Part shown: piece by piece, positions 18,265 to 27,393 of the stretch | Numbering within the stretch: position 1 is the stretch's first letter | How the letters are laid out: each line of letters begins with the position of its first letter | DNA from: Candidatus Eiseniibacteriota bacterium | GTDB lineage: Bacteria > Eisenbacteria > RBG-16-71-46 > JABDJR01 | NCBI GenBank assembly: GCA_963783375.1 | Contig: CAWANH010000001.1 | Location: forward strand, 1-64,000 | Direction of reading: 5' to 3' | DNA: 64,000 bases | The notes under the pieces: model-generated | The model's database searches: none | Seen by the model: the letters and a program-made list of their open reading frames with translations, nothing else | What the model was told of the DNA's origin: nothing | Program-made: the position numbers and the translations under genes

Positions 18265-18316
18265 TACGCGATAACGCATATCCAAAATGGCTTTCCCGAG
18301 TCTCTTCATGGCCGCC

Positions 18317-19348
18317 CTAGTCCCGGGAACCATGGCAGTACTGACAGAATCGATCGGGTGCCTCCTGCCTCGTGTGGCAGTCGAAGCAGTAGTACCCGTC
18401 ATCGTCGTGCCACGGGCCATGGACGTCGTAGTTATCGAACCCGTTGGGGTGGATGCTCCGGTCGTTGCCCCGACCCGGGTTGGAATCGCGGTGACAGCCG
18501 ATGCACACCGGCTCGTCCTGCGAGTGGCAACTCGCGCAATATGCAATGTCCCGTCGCGCCTCCACGGAATGGCGATTGAGCCCGGTAATCCAGTCATCCG
18601 CGTGATTCTCGGGAGCGATCCCCTCCCTCGCGTGGCAGTCATTGCAGAAGGACTCAACTTCGTGACATGAAGTGCAGTCGTTCTCGTGCTTGCGCGCGTC
18701 CAGCGGATGAGTGAAGACATAGTTCCGGTCGTGGGTCATGAAGAGAACGTTCTCCCCTTCGTGACACTGGCTGCACAGATCACTCTCCCGGTGGCACGAC
18801 TCGCAATCCTCGGCCGCTCCGCGGGCGGAGAACTGGTGGGTATGCCGGTAGTCCGGCCCGTGGTCCAGCGGAAGGAGGGTGGAGGCGTCGGCGTGGCAAC
18901 TCTCGCATTCGTTGTCCGCCTTTTCGCCGTCGTGACAGGTGAAACATACCGGGTGGCCGGGTGCTCCCTCATCAGTGGCGGCGAGTTCGGAATCAGTAAG
19001 GGCCCCGTGGCAGAGGGCACATTCGCCCTCGGTCAGGACGAGATGTCCCTCGTGCGAGAACTCCGGGAAACCCTGGAGCGCGGACGAGGCGGTCGGAACG
19101 CCCCCCCAAGCGGTCAACTCCTCCTGCGAGTGACACGCAAGGCAGGTCTCGGCGGTGGGAAGCAGGGCGTCCTCTCCGGACCGGCTGCCGGCTGCGTCGG
19201 GATGGCAGGTGGCGCACTCGACGCCCGCCTCCTTGTGCGTGACGTGTGAGAACGGAACGTCTGCGGCGCCGACGGCGAAGTAGACTGCAGTCAGGGCGAG
19301 GACACCGAGGGTGATCCGGCCCATCCGGCGGGAGTTGCTGCTGGTCAT
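18317..19348 (-). CDS. Periplasmic multiheme cytochrome c (13 CxxCH; cytochrome c3/c7-like N-terminal part)
   Basis: Signal peptide, FSHxxH motifs, 13 CxxCH counted, repeated H...W/Y...H spacers. Confidence 0.92.
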   Translation of the reverse strand: MTSSNSRRMGRITLGVLALTAVYFAVGAADVPFSHVTHKEAGVECATCHPDAAGSRSGEDALLPTAETCLACHSQEELTAWGGVPTASSALQGFPEFSHEGHLVLTEGECALCHGALTDSELAATDEGAPGHPVCFTCHDGEKADNECESCHADASTLLPLDHGPDYRHTHQFSARGAAEDCESCHRESDLCSQCHEGENVLFMTHDRNYVFTHPLDARKHENDCTSCHEVESFCNDCHAREGIAPENHADDWITGLNRHSVEARRDIAYCASCHSQDEPVCIGCHRDSNPGRGNDRSIHPNGFDNYDVHGPWHDDDGYYCFDCHTRQEAPDRFCQYCHGSRD

Positions 19349-19361
19349 GGTCGATCCCCCC

Positions 19362-20675
19362 TCAAGACTGTCCCAGGCGGAAACGTCGGTCGATCCGGAG
19401 CAGGAAACGCGTGTCGCTCTTCAAGTCCCAGTTGTTCATCATTTCCAGCTGCCCCGAGATCCGGGTCAGAGCGTTCGCCTTGTAGGTGGCGGAAAAGATC
19501 CCCGACGCGACGTGGTTGTCGGTGAGATCGGTGTTGCCCCAGTCGTAGGTCTGCCATCCGAGGTCGACCAGGAAATCCCAGCGTTTTCCCACGCTCCGGG
19601 TGGCGGAGGCCACGAGACCCACGCGATCACCGGCAAAGCCGGATTCGAACCGGGCGCCGAGCTGGATCGCGTTGCGCTGGAGGACGATCCGATAGGTGTC
19701 GGCGTGTTCGTTCGAGCTCTCCCCGGTGTCCGTCTCGCTGTCGAGGGCGGTGTGCTCGAACTCCAAGTTCGCGCGGTACGGCCCCGTGATCCCGAACCCG
19801 GCCCCTCCCCGGACCTGGGTGTACGGCTCCACGTCCCAGAAGGCGAAGAACGAGGTGGCGGGCAGGGCGACCTCCCGCCGGTTGTACTCGCCCCAGACGC
19901 GGAGATAGCGAGCCCGGCGGAGATACTCGAACCCGGCCGCGGTACCGTAGGTTCGATCGAGTACGAAGTCGTGCCTGATTTCCGTCCACGCCCGCAGCTG
20001 GCGACGGTAACGGAGAGTGCCGCGAAGACCGAGGCGTTGGGATTCCGCCATGCCGTCGCGCCGGGTGTCGGCGATGCTCGCCGCGATCTCCGGGACGATC
20101 GTCTCGCCGACCCGGGGACGGATGCGGAGTTCCGCTCCCAAGCGCCGCGAGTCATCCGGGGAGTCGATCCGCAGTTGCTCTCGGGCATCGATGCCGAGCG
20201 TTCCCCCGAAGACGGTCACTCCCCCCCAACCCGGGCGGTCCAGCCGCACAATGATGCCGTCCATGGTACCCGTGCCGACACCGGCGGTGACCCACTGGCG
20301 TCCCAGGCGCGACTGGAGTGTCAGACGCTGGCTGCCGAACGGGCGGGGGCGGTACTCCAGGTACCCGTCGTAGAGGCGCGTTCGGGTGTCGCCGATGCTT
20401 TGGTTCGAGAGATCGTTGCGCGCGGTCAGCGACGCGTGGAAGGAGAGGTTCGAGATCCCGAAGTCGAACACCCCGAACCGAAGCCTCTCGAAGGCCCGGG
20501 TCCGATTCTCGAAGTTGTCGCCAACTCCGCCTTTGGCGACCGCCTGCGAGTAGAAGGCGGTGCTACTCGAGCCCCTGAGGCTTGTCGCCTCCACCGGAAG
20601 CGGCGTGCTCAATGCAAGGCCGAGACCCAGGATCACGAGCACGGTCAGCGCTTGCCCAGGAATCCGTCTTCCCAT
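19362..20675 (-). CDS. Outer-membrane beta-barrel (putative cytochrome-associated porin)
   Basis: Signal peptide, many amphipathic beta-strands (RLYDGYLEY, SRLGRQWV, MDGIIVRL), C-terminal RFLLRIDRRF; directly upstream of the multiheme cytochrome. Confidence 0.8.
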   Translation of the reverse strand: MGRRIPGQALTVLVILGLGLALSTPLPVEATSLRGSSSTAFYSQAVAKGGVGDNFENRTRAFERLRFGVFDFGISNLSFHASLTARNDLSNQSIGDTRTRLYDGYLEYRPRPFGSQRLTLQSRLGRQWVTAGVGTGTMDGIIVRLDRPGWGGVTVFGGTLGIDAREQLRIDSPDDSRRLGAELRIRPRVGETIVPEIAASIADTRRDGMAESQRLGLRGTLRYRRQLRAWTEIRHDFVLDRTYGTAAGFEYLRRARYLRVWGEYNRREVALPATSFFAFWDVEPYTQVRGGAGFGITGPYRANLEFEHTALDSETDTGESSNEHADTYRIVLQRNAIQLGARFESGFAGDRVGLVASATRSVGKRWDFLVDLGWQTYDWGNTDLTDNHVASGIFSATYKANALTRISGQLEMMNNWDLKSDTRFLLRIDRRFRLGQS

Positions 20676-20857
20676 CGTCCTGCCTCCCTCTCATCCCCCG
20701 CGACTCCGGAGCATCCCCGCTTGCCTCGGGGGATCTTCAACGGACATGTTCCGTCCTCACGCGCGGTCACGGCACCGTGACCACGATCAGGCGGCAGCAT
20801 AACTCGATCGGCGAGAGGGCGCACCCGCAAATCGGTATATCGCAATCATGTCTTTTG

Positions 20858-21010
20858 TGTAGACGCCGGTCCACGAGTGCGGCGGGTGGTGGGACGGTTG
20901 CAAAGTGCGGCACCCCTCGCCGGCGCCGGGAAAAGGATCAGGCTGGTCGGCTTTGGTCAGCCGTTTGGTCGAACCCCCTATCCCTGGGGGCCTGGATGTG
21001 TACGGAGACC
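20858..21010 (+). mobile_element. Second degenerate IS21-type left end
   Basis: TGTAGACGCCGGTCCACGAGTGCGGCGGGTGGTGGGACGGTTGCAAAGTGCGGCACCCCTCGCCGGC aligns without gaps to the sequence from 14686; ends near GTGTACGGAGAC, which resembles the istA start. Confidence 0.7.
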
Positions 21011-21443
21011 GGCTTCTATATGACACTCTCACCTCGGGCAGGATAATCAGGCAACGGATCGTCGCACTATCCGACGGCTGTATGTCGTCAACTCCAGTGG
21101 GCGATTGACGGATCTCCACCGGACATAACTGATTGGTTTTATAGGCTTGTGTTTCTTTATATAGCAATAAAATGACGATTCAATACACATTGTCATGGTT
21201 CTCGACGCTTTCCTGGTGTAGCCTACCCGCAAGATGAACCCCGGCGCCGGCGCGCGGCGGGACCGCTCCGGATCGCGATCAACGCGGACACCCCCAATCC
21301 TCTGCGCGATTCGGGATGCTGTTTGATACTCGGCACTCCCTTCCCCAAGAGCTGAGTCAGTGCCGGTATCCGGTCGGGCGAAGCCCGGCTCTCCCGTCGG
21401 CCCGGGCTGGGCGGTAGCGATCCAATCGAAGGGAGTACGCGCC

Positions 21444-22862
21444 ATGCGTAGATGCATCGTGTTCCTGCTGCTGGGCCTCGTCTTCCTGTCCTTCGGATGC
21501 TCCACGGATACCCGGAGTCCCCTGGCCCCCGCGATGGACAGTCGAATCGGCTCCTCTCCCGACGCCCAGGCGCAGGCCTGGGGCCTTGTGGAGCGCGCGG
21601 GCTGGCCGGTTGAGACCTCGACCGAAGGCCTAGGCCAAGCCGGTGTAGCGCCCGATGGAGCGGGCCGGACCCCGCTCCTCAACTTCCAGCGTACCGTAAT
21701 CGCTGGGGATATCGTCCATTACAGCGCCGTCGTTACCACTGGACCTGGGATGTACGACCGGATCGGGGTGCACCGCGTCGTTCGCGAAAAACAGCCTAAC
21801 GTCCCGATCAGGACCAAGACGGCCCTCTTCATGCTCCACGGGGACCTCAAGCGTTTCGAGACCATGTTCATTCCCGGGATGTTCTCCCCCGAGCTGGGCA
21901 ACGACTTCGGGATCGCCGTCTACCTTGCCCAAAACGGAGTGGACGTGTGGGGAATGGATCAGGCCTGGAATTTCGTCCCGAGGGAGGAAACGGACTACTC
22001 CTTCTTCGCCAACTGGGGCCTCCAGCGGGAAGTCGATCATCTGGCCCAGGGCCTGGAGATCGCCCGCACCGCGCGTCTCATGACCGGCAACGGCACCGAC
22101 CAAATGCTGCTGCTCGGGTACAGCAGCGGCGCGGCCACCGGTTATGCCCTCCTGAACGAGGAGACACAACTGCCTCCCGGTCACCGTCAGGTCAAGGGCT
22201 ATATTGCGGCGGATTTCGGAGTTCGGTCCAGCGATCCGGATTGGCTCGCCATGGGGCAGGGTCTGGTCGAATTGAACGAGCAGTTGTACGACTCCGGTCA
22301 GTACGAGGATCCCATCTACGTCTTCCAGGACATCGCGATGCTGGCCCGCACCGATCCCGCCGGGGACTCCCCCTTCTTTCCCGGGTTCACCAATATGCAG
22401 CTCGCTCTATTCTACGGGGGAGGGGAGATTTTCGCCCCCACCAAGGCTCACTACCACGCTCCGGTCGTGGAAGACGGCCTGCCCGTGAGCTTCCAGTTCG
22501 TCACCGTCGGTCAGTGGCTGGACTTCATCACCGCATCGGCCTCCTATGAGCCGATCCTCTTCGAGCTCGATTACTCCCGGTTGATGGCCGGGGAGTCCAG
22601 CCCCTTTGTCGATCATCTGGGGGAGGTCAGGGTTCCGGTCCTGCACATCGGTGGAGCGGGAGGACTCGCCCCCTATACCACCGCTACACTCTCGTACCTC
22701 GGTAGCAGGGACGTCACCCAGCACATCGTCTCGGTGGGCTCTGCGGACGCCTCGCTCGACTACGGCCACATCGACATCTTCACCGCGTCGAACGCGCCCA
22801 CGCTGGTGTGGCAACCGGTTCTGGATTGGGTCCAGGACCACTCCCGCGGCGGCCGCCGGTAG
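21444..22862 (+). CDS. Alpha/beta-hydrolase fold lipoprotein
   Basis: Lipobox LSFGC; FMLHG, YLAQNGVDVWGMD, nucleophile elbow GYSSG, C-terminal YGHID. Confidence 0.85.
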   Translation: MRRCIVFLLLGLVFLSFGCSTDTRSPLAPAMDSRIGSSPDAQAQAWGLVERAGWPVETSTEGLGQAGVAPDGAGRTPLLNFQRTVIAGDIVHYSAVVTTGPGMYDRIGVHRVVREKQPNVPIRTKTALFMLHGDLKRFETMFIPGMFSPELGNDFGIAVYLAQNGVDVWGMDQAWNFVPREETDYSFFANWGLQREVDHLAQGLEIARTARLMTGNGTDQMLLLGYSSGAATGYALLNEETQLPPGHRQVKGYIAADFGVRSSDPDWLAMGQGLVELNEQLYDSGQYEDPIYVFQDIAMLARTDPAGDSPFFPGFTNMQLALFYGGGEIFAPTKAHYHAPVVEDGLPVSFQFVTVGQWLDFITASASYEPILFELDYSRLMAGESSPFVDHLGEVRVPVLHIGGAGGLAPYTTATLSYLGSRDVTQHIVSVGSADASLDYGHIDIFTASNAPTLVWQPVLDWVQDHSRGGRR

Positions 22863-23229
22863 AGACCGCATAGCGGAGCGCCGCCTGCTCCACCCGGTCG
22901 CGCTCTCCCGGTCCCGGCACCGATTCGGTCCGCGGGATCCAAACGGAACGGAATCGCCGCCCGACGACAGGCGACAGTAGGCCCCCCGCCCTAAGTGGGG
23001 GGCCTCGCTGTGCCGAGGCTTGCCGTGACTTGTGCAAACACAGGTCCAAAGAGTGCGACCCTCTGGGCGGGATGGCTGGGCAAGGTGCTGATTCGTCGAG
23101 TGCGGGTTCGCTGCGTGCTTTCCCCTCACTGTCCGACCAGGCGGGCCACCCAATTACGCTGGGCTGAAGCTGACCCCATCGGTTGTACCACTTCAACTGA
23201 TCGAGCAACTGGTCGACGACGTACAGCGA

Positions 23230-23943
23230 TCAGCCACCCAAACCCCGCGCCAGTCGCTCCAGAAGACCCTGCTTCGCACTCGGATCGTCGGGAAGCGATG
23301 CATGGAGTCGCGCCCGACCCCGGTCTACCGCCACCGCTCCCACGGCCAGATCCACGAAGGGCTCGAGCTCATGGGTGACCACCAGGACCATCCCCCCGCC
23401 TTGACAGACCTTCTCGATCCACTCCCGGACCCCCGCCCGGGCGGCGCGGTCCAGCGCGGCCAGGGGCTCGTCCAGGAGGAGGGTCTGCGGGGCGCCGATC
23501 CGGGCCGCGGCCAGTAGCACCCGGCGGCGCTGGCCGTTCGAGAGCTGGCGAATGGACCGGCGGCCGATGCCTTCCACTCCCACGGCGGCCAGTGACTCGC
23601 CGGCCCGGCTCGCGGGCTCGTTCCTCAGACGGCAGACCAGCCGCAACACCGTTTCCACCGAGGCGAAGGGGGTCACGTCCGGCTGCTCGGGGACGTAGGC
23701 AATGTCGCGCCGGGCGTCCACCTCCCGCGTCCAGAGGTCGAAGCCGTTGACCGTGATCGAGCCCGCGTCGGGTTTCTCGACCCCGGCGGCGAGCTTGAGC
23801 AACGTGCTCTTGCCGTTCCCGTTGGGGCCGAGCACCAGGGTCAGGCCGGGACCGACGGTCAGGTCGAGCCCGTCGAAGACCGCGATTCCCCGGATGTAGC
23901 TGTATCCGACCTCCCGAAAAACGATGCTCCGCTCGCTCAACAC
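23230..23943 (-). CDS. ABC transporter ATP-binding protein
   Basis: GPNGNGKST, LSNGQRRR, LLLDEP, VVTH. Confidence 0.9.
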   Translation of the reverse strand: MLSERSIVFREVGYSYIRGIAVFDGLDLTVGPGLTLVLGPNGNGKSTLLKLAAGVEKPDAGSITVNGFDLWTREVDARRDIAYVPEQPDVTPFASVETVLRLVCRLRNEPASRAGESLAAVGVEGIGRRSIRQLSNGQRRRVLLAAARIGAPQTLLLDEPLAALDRAARAGVREWIEKVCQGGGMVLVVTHELEPFVDLAVGAVAVDRGRARLHASLPDDPSAKQGLLERLARGLGG

Positions 23944-25223
23944 GTGGGATCCCCCACCGCGGAATACTGCCGTTCCCGAAGCAGGCTCACCTTGAGGCCC
24001 TTCTCGTCCCGTTCCGCCGCCAGGAGCGCGAGCGGCGTGAGCGCGGCCAGGACCGCTCCGGTCCACGGCCACGCGGCCACCGCGAGCACCAAGAGGGTGC
24101 TCTCCACGGCCAGCCGCCAACCAAGTCCGGTCACGCTGTCCGCGCTCCTCCGGAGGGCCCCGGCGGCCCGCACCGCCAGGTAGACCGACGCCCCGATCAA
24201 CGGTCCCGCCGCGCCCGCGTCCAGGAAGAGCGTCCCCGCCAGAACGGGCACCGCATGGAGGGCGAGGAAGGCGGCATCGTAAATGACCCGGGTCCGCGCC
24301 GACCAGGGCAGGGAGCGGTTCCACGCCCACGGGGGACGGCGAAGCACCAGCCTCCCCCCCAATCCCATGATCGCCCAGACCCCGCCCAGAGCGCCTCCCC
24401 CGCGCACCACCACCGCGATACCGCCGGGGCCCAGGTCGCTGTTATTGCGGAGAACCAGGGCCGCCAACCCCAGCGGGAGGAGCGACGCGAGCACCAGGGG
24501 GAGCACCCTCCACCCGAGCGCGCTCCAGGCCAGGACCGGCGCCGTGAGACCGGAGGTCCACTCGCGGCTGAACCGCTTTCGGTCCTTTCTCCCGACCCGG
24601 AGGCCGCCCCCCCACCGCTCGATCACCGCCAGAGCGGCGGTGGCCCCGAGAAGCGACGGCCAGGTCCCGATCGCGCTCGAGCCCAGCGCGGCCCAGGCCA
24701 GCAATCGCGGCCACCGGCCGGCAAAGGGGCTTGCCGCGGTTCCCGAGGCCGCCATCACCCAGACCACCGCCACCAGCGACGAGACCCTTGCCGAGGCCCC
24801 CAAGACCAGCCCGCCGACCCAGAGAGCCACCCACGGCACGAAGACCAGGATCTGGGCACAGACCAGGGCGAGCACGAACGCGCGACGCTGGTCGACCGGG
24901 CTGATCGGGAGGTGTAGTTCCCATCCCCGGGTTCCCAGGGCCGCCCGCCGCGCCGCTCCCAGCGCGGTGGCGGCTCCGGCCAGGGCGAGCAGGAACGGGG
25001 CGGGGGAGCGCCCGCCGCCGCCGGCCACGCCCCGGGCCGCGTCCCGGAGGAACACCATCGGCTCCGGATGCAGGTTCAGGACGAGGATGAACCCGACGAT
25101 CCCGAGCGAACCGAGGCCGAGGGCCACGCGGATGCCGGTCCGGAGATGAAACTCGAGCACGGCGAGCAGGACGGAGGGCGAAGCACTGTCGGGGCGTCGG
25201 TCGATGGCGGACGCTGATGACAC
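23937..25223 (-). CDS. Polytopic membrane protein (probable ABC exporter permease)
   Basis: Numerous TM helices in two repeats (LHLPIS..., RSLPWS...); overlaps the ATPase start. Confidence 0.7.
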   Translation of the reverse strand: MSSASAIDRRPDSASPSVLLAVLEFHLRTGIRVALGLGSLGIVGFILVLNLHPEPMVFLRDAARGVAGGGGRSPAPFLLALAGAATALGAARRAALGTRGWELHLPISPVDQRRAFVLALVCAQILVFVPWVALWVGGLVLGASARVSSLVAVVWVMAASGTAASPFAGRWPRLLAWAALGSSAIGTWPSLLGATAALAVIERWGGGLRVGRKDRKRFSREWTSGLTAPVLAWSALGWRVLPLVLASLLPLGLAALVLRNNSDLGPGGIAVVVRGGGALGGVWAIMGLGGRLVLRRPPWAWNRSLPWSARTRVIYDAAFLALHAVPVLAGTLFLDAGAAGPLIGASVYLAVRAAGALRRSADSVTGLGWRLAVESTLLVLAVAAWPWTGAVLAALTPLALLAAERDEKGLKVSLLRERQYSAVGDPTC

Positions 25224-25333
25224 TCGGCAGTCTCCGGGCAGGAGCGGACCCTGTTCGGGCCCAGGACCCTGATCCCGGCCGGACCCAGGCCGGGCAGAGC
25301 GTCGAGAATAGCAGATGCCCCGGCCCGGACCGC

Positions 25334-26590
25334 TCAGTGAACCCCGTTCAGCGCGGTGATGCCGCTCCGGCTCCCCCGGGCGGCATAGATGAGCAGCCAG
25401 TGCTTGAGGCTGGTGGGAAGGAGGTAGTTCACGCGGACGTGCTCCCGGGCCTTCTCTCCCATGTATTCCGAGAGTTCGGGGTCGCCCAGGAGCTGGCGGA
25501 TACGGAAGGCCATGCCCTCGGTGGAGTGGACCAGGAAACCGGTGGTGCCGTGGATGATCTGCTGGCGGATCCCTCCCACCGCGTTCCCGATCACCGGCTT
25601 CCGCTTCCACATGGCCTCGGTCACCACGAGTCCGAAGCCCTCCTTGACCGACTTCTGCACCACCACCCGCGCCGCGCGTTGAAGCGCGTTGATCGCTCGG
25701 TGGCTGTCCGGGGGAAGGTTCAGCACGTGGACGTCCGGGACGTCGGCCGCGAGCGCAAGCACCTCTTCCAGGACCGCGCTCCCCTCGGGATCGTCGTCGG
25801 CCGCCCCTCCGGCCAGGACGAGCTGGGCCGGCTCCCAGCCCCGGGCCATGCGGAAGGCTTCCACCACCCCCAGGGGGTCCTTCAGGCGGTCGAACCGGGA
25901 GACCTGGAGCACGATGGGCAGCTCGGGGTCGATGCCCAGGGCGGCAACCGCTTCCCGGCTCTCCCCCACCGTCATCTCCTCGTTCTTGGGGCTCAGGGGA
26001 TCGATGGCCGGAGGAAGGATGTACTGGGGAACCATGAGATCCTTGGTGTACTGGGGAAGGTGGAATACGGCGGCGTCGAAGGACTCCACCAGGGAACGAA
26101 CGAACCCCCAGGCGGTGACGTCGGCCTCGGATAGGTCGATGTGACAGCGCCAGATCCAGCTCGCCTGGTTCCGGCCGCGCTCCCGCACCAGCCCCGCCGG
26201 CTGGGGGTCGTGGATCACCACCACGTCCGCATCCTCGCGAATCAGGTCCATGTTCTCTTCGAGGGTGCGATTGTAGACGTCCAGGAACTCGGGGGTGATC
26301 CGAACCGAGGCCCCGTGGAGGGCGTTGTGAAACGCCTTGGTCACCTCGTAGAACCCGCCGTTTCCCGAGACCACATCCCAGCGGACGTCCAGCCCCAGCT
26401 CTTCCTCCAGGGGAACCCGCCGCTCCAGGATCTCGGCCACGCCGCCCCCCACCCGGGTGCTGTTCACATGCTGGATGCGCCCGCCGCCCAGGTGCGAGGC
26501 GATGGTGCGGATCTCCTCGATCTCCGCCTTCCCCACCACCGCGGCGTAGTCGTCCAGCCGGGGCGCGGAGGTCGCGCGCTCGGCGCTCAT
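25334..26590 (-). CDS. treT: Trehalose glycosyltransferring synthase (GT4)
   Basis: HVNSTRVGGGVAEIL, VIHDPQP, IWRCHID, VSRFDRLKD, QKSVKEGFGLVVTEAMWK. Confidence 0.88.
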   Translation of the reverse strand: MSAERATSAPRLDDYAAVVGKAEIEEIRTIASHLGGGRIQHVNSTRVGGGVAEILERRVPLEEELGLDVRWDVVSGNGGFYEVTKAFHNALHGASVRITPEFLDVYNRTLEENMDLIREDADVVVIHDPQPAGLVRERGRNQASWIWRCHIDLSEADVTAWGFVRSLVESFDAAVFHLPQYTKDLMVPQYILPPAIDPLSPKNEEMTVGESREAVAALGIDPELPIVLQVSRFDRLKDPLGVVEAFRMARGWEPAQLVLAGGAADDDPEGSAVLEEVLALAADVPDVHVLNLPPDSHRAINALQRAARVVVQKSVKEGFGLVVTEAMWKRKPVIGNAVGGIRQQIIHGTTGFLVHSTEGMAFRIRQLLGDPELSEYMGEKAREHVRVNYLLPTSLKHWLLIYAARGSRSGITALNGVH

Positions 26591-27252
26591 ACCGCTTCCC
26601 CGCGTTCCCGGAGCCGCCGGTTCACCGTCTCCACCGCCTTCACCCGGGTGACCCCCAGGGGATGTCGGTGGACGTTGATGGCCCGGATCGCGTCGGCCAG
26701 ATCCTTCTCACCCAGCGCGGATTCCAACCAGACCGAGAAATCGTTGTCGTCCCGGCCCAGGCGAAGCCTCGCCTCGACCAGGTGATACCAGATCGAGGAC
26801 CGGCCGACCCCGCTCAGGCCGTCGCGGAACCCGCGGAGGTCATGGGCCAGATGTCCGGTGCGGTAGACGTAGGACTCCTGCTCCAGGAAGTAGAATGGGG
26901 CCGCGGCCCGCACGTTGAACCACGATCCGGCTTCGCCGAGAAATGACCGGACGTAGCCGGCCATCTTCTCCCGCGCCTCGCGGAGCGAGAGGTAGTCAGT
27001 GGGATCCACGTGGGCCAGCCGTTCGGCCAGGGGCGGCGCGTTCAGGCTGACCAGGGCCCACCGGGCGAAATCGTGGGTATAGTCCACGGTGGTGAAGTGG
27101 CGGCGGAAGAGGCTCTGGTAGAAGTGATAGTAGATCGAGGATCCGCTCACCTTTTCCAGGCCGGTCAGGAACGATTTGAGGTCGTCCGCCTTCCGGCCGG
27201 TCCAGCGCACCAGACCCGCCTCGGAGGCGAACGAAAAGGGCTCCGCGTTCAT
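26587..27252 (-). CDS. DUF5752 family protein
   Basis: Duplicated SIYYHF/SIWYHL...DFARW/NDFSVW unit; a usual neighbour of treT. Confidence 0.8.
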   Translation of the reverse strand: MNAEPFSFASEAGLVRWTGRKADDLKSFLTGLEKVSGSSIYYHFYQSLFRRHFTTVDYTHDFARWALVSLNAPPLAERLAHVDPTDYLSLREAREKMAGYVRSFLGEAGSWFNVRAAAPFYFLEQESYVYRTGHLAHDLRGFRDGLSGVGRSSIWYHLVEARLRLGRDDNDFSVWLESALGEKDLADAIRAINVHRHPLGVTRVKAVETVNRRLRERGEAV

Positions 27253-27260
27253 GTTTCCGG

Positions 27261-27286
27261 TTATCGGCGGCGGGAGGGGATCTTGA
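27261..27286 (-). promoter_or_regulatory. Sigma-28 (FliA/WhiG)-type promoter
   Basis: TCAAG-N13-GCCGATAA on the minus strand, ending 8 nt before ATG 27252. Confidence 0.55.
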
Positions 27287-27393
27287 ACCTTCGAGTCCCG
27301 GCCGGGCCGCGCCGTTCGCCCGCCGAGGCCTCCACGGACCCCGCAAATGGGTTACCGGCGCGAATCAACCGGGATTCCGGGGCGGCCTCCGCC

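Noticed and set aside
20895-20918. Sigma-54 promoter upstream of the porin (GG...TTGC on the minus strand)
   Set aside because: GG-to-GC spacing is 11 rather than 10 nt, and the sequence is explained as the internal repeat of the IS21 end.
7882-21150. Scattered AT-rich TAA-N4-TTG half-sites (7882, ~14660-14680, 21126) as dif/Xer-like recombination sites
   Set aside because: The right arms are poorly conserved and the spacing is inconsistent; too weak to call by eye.
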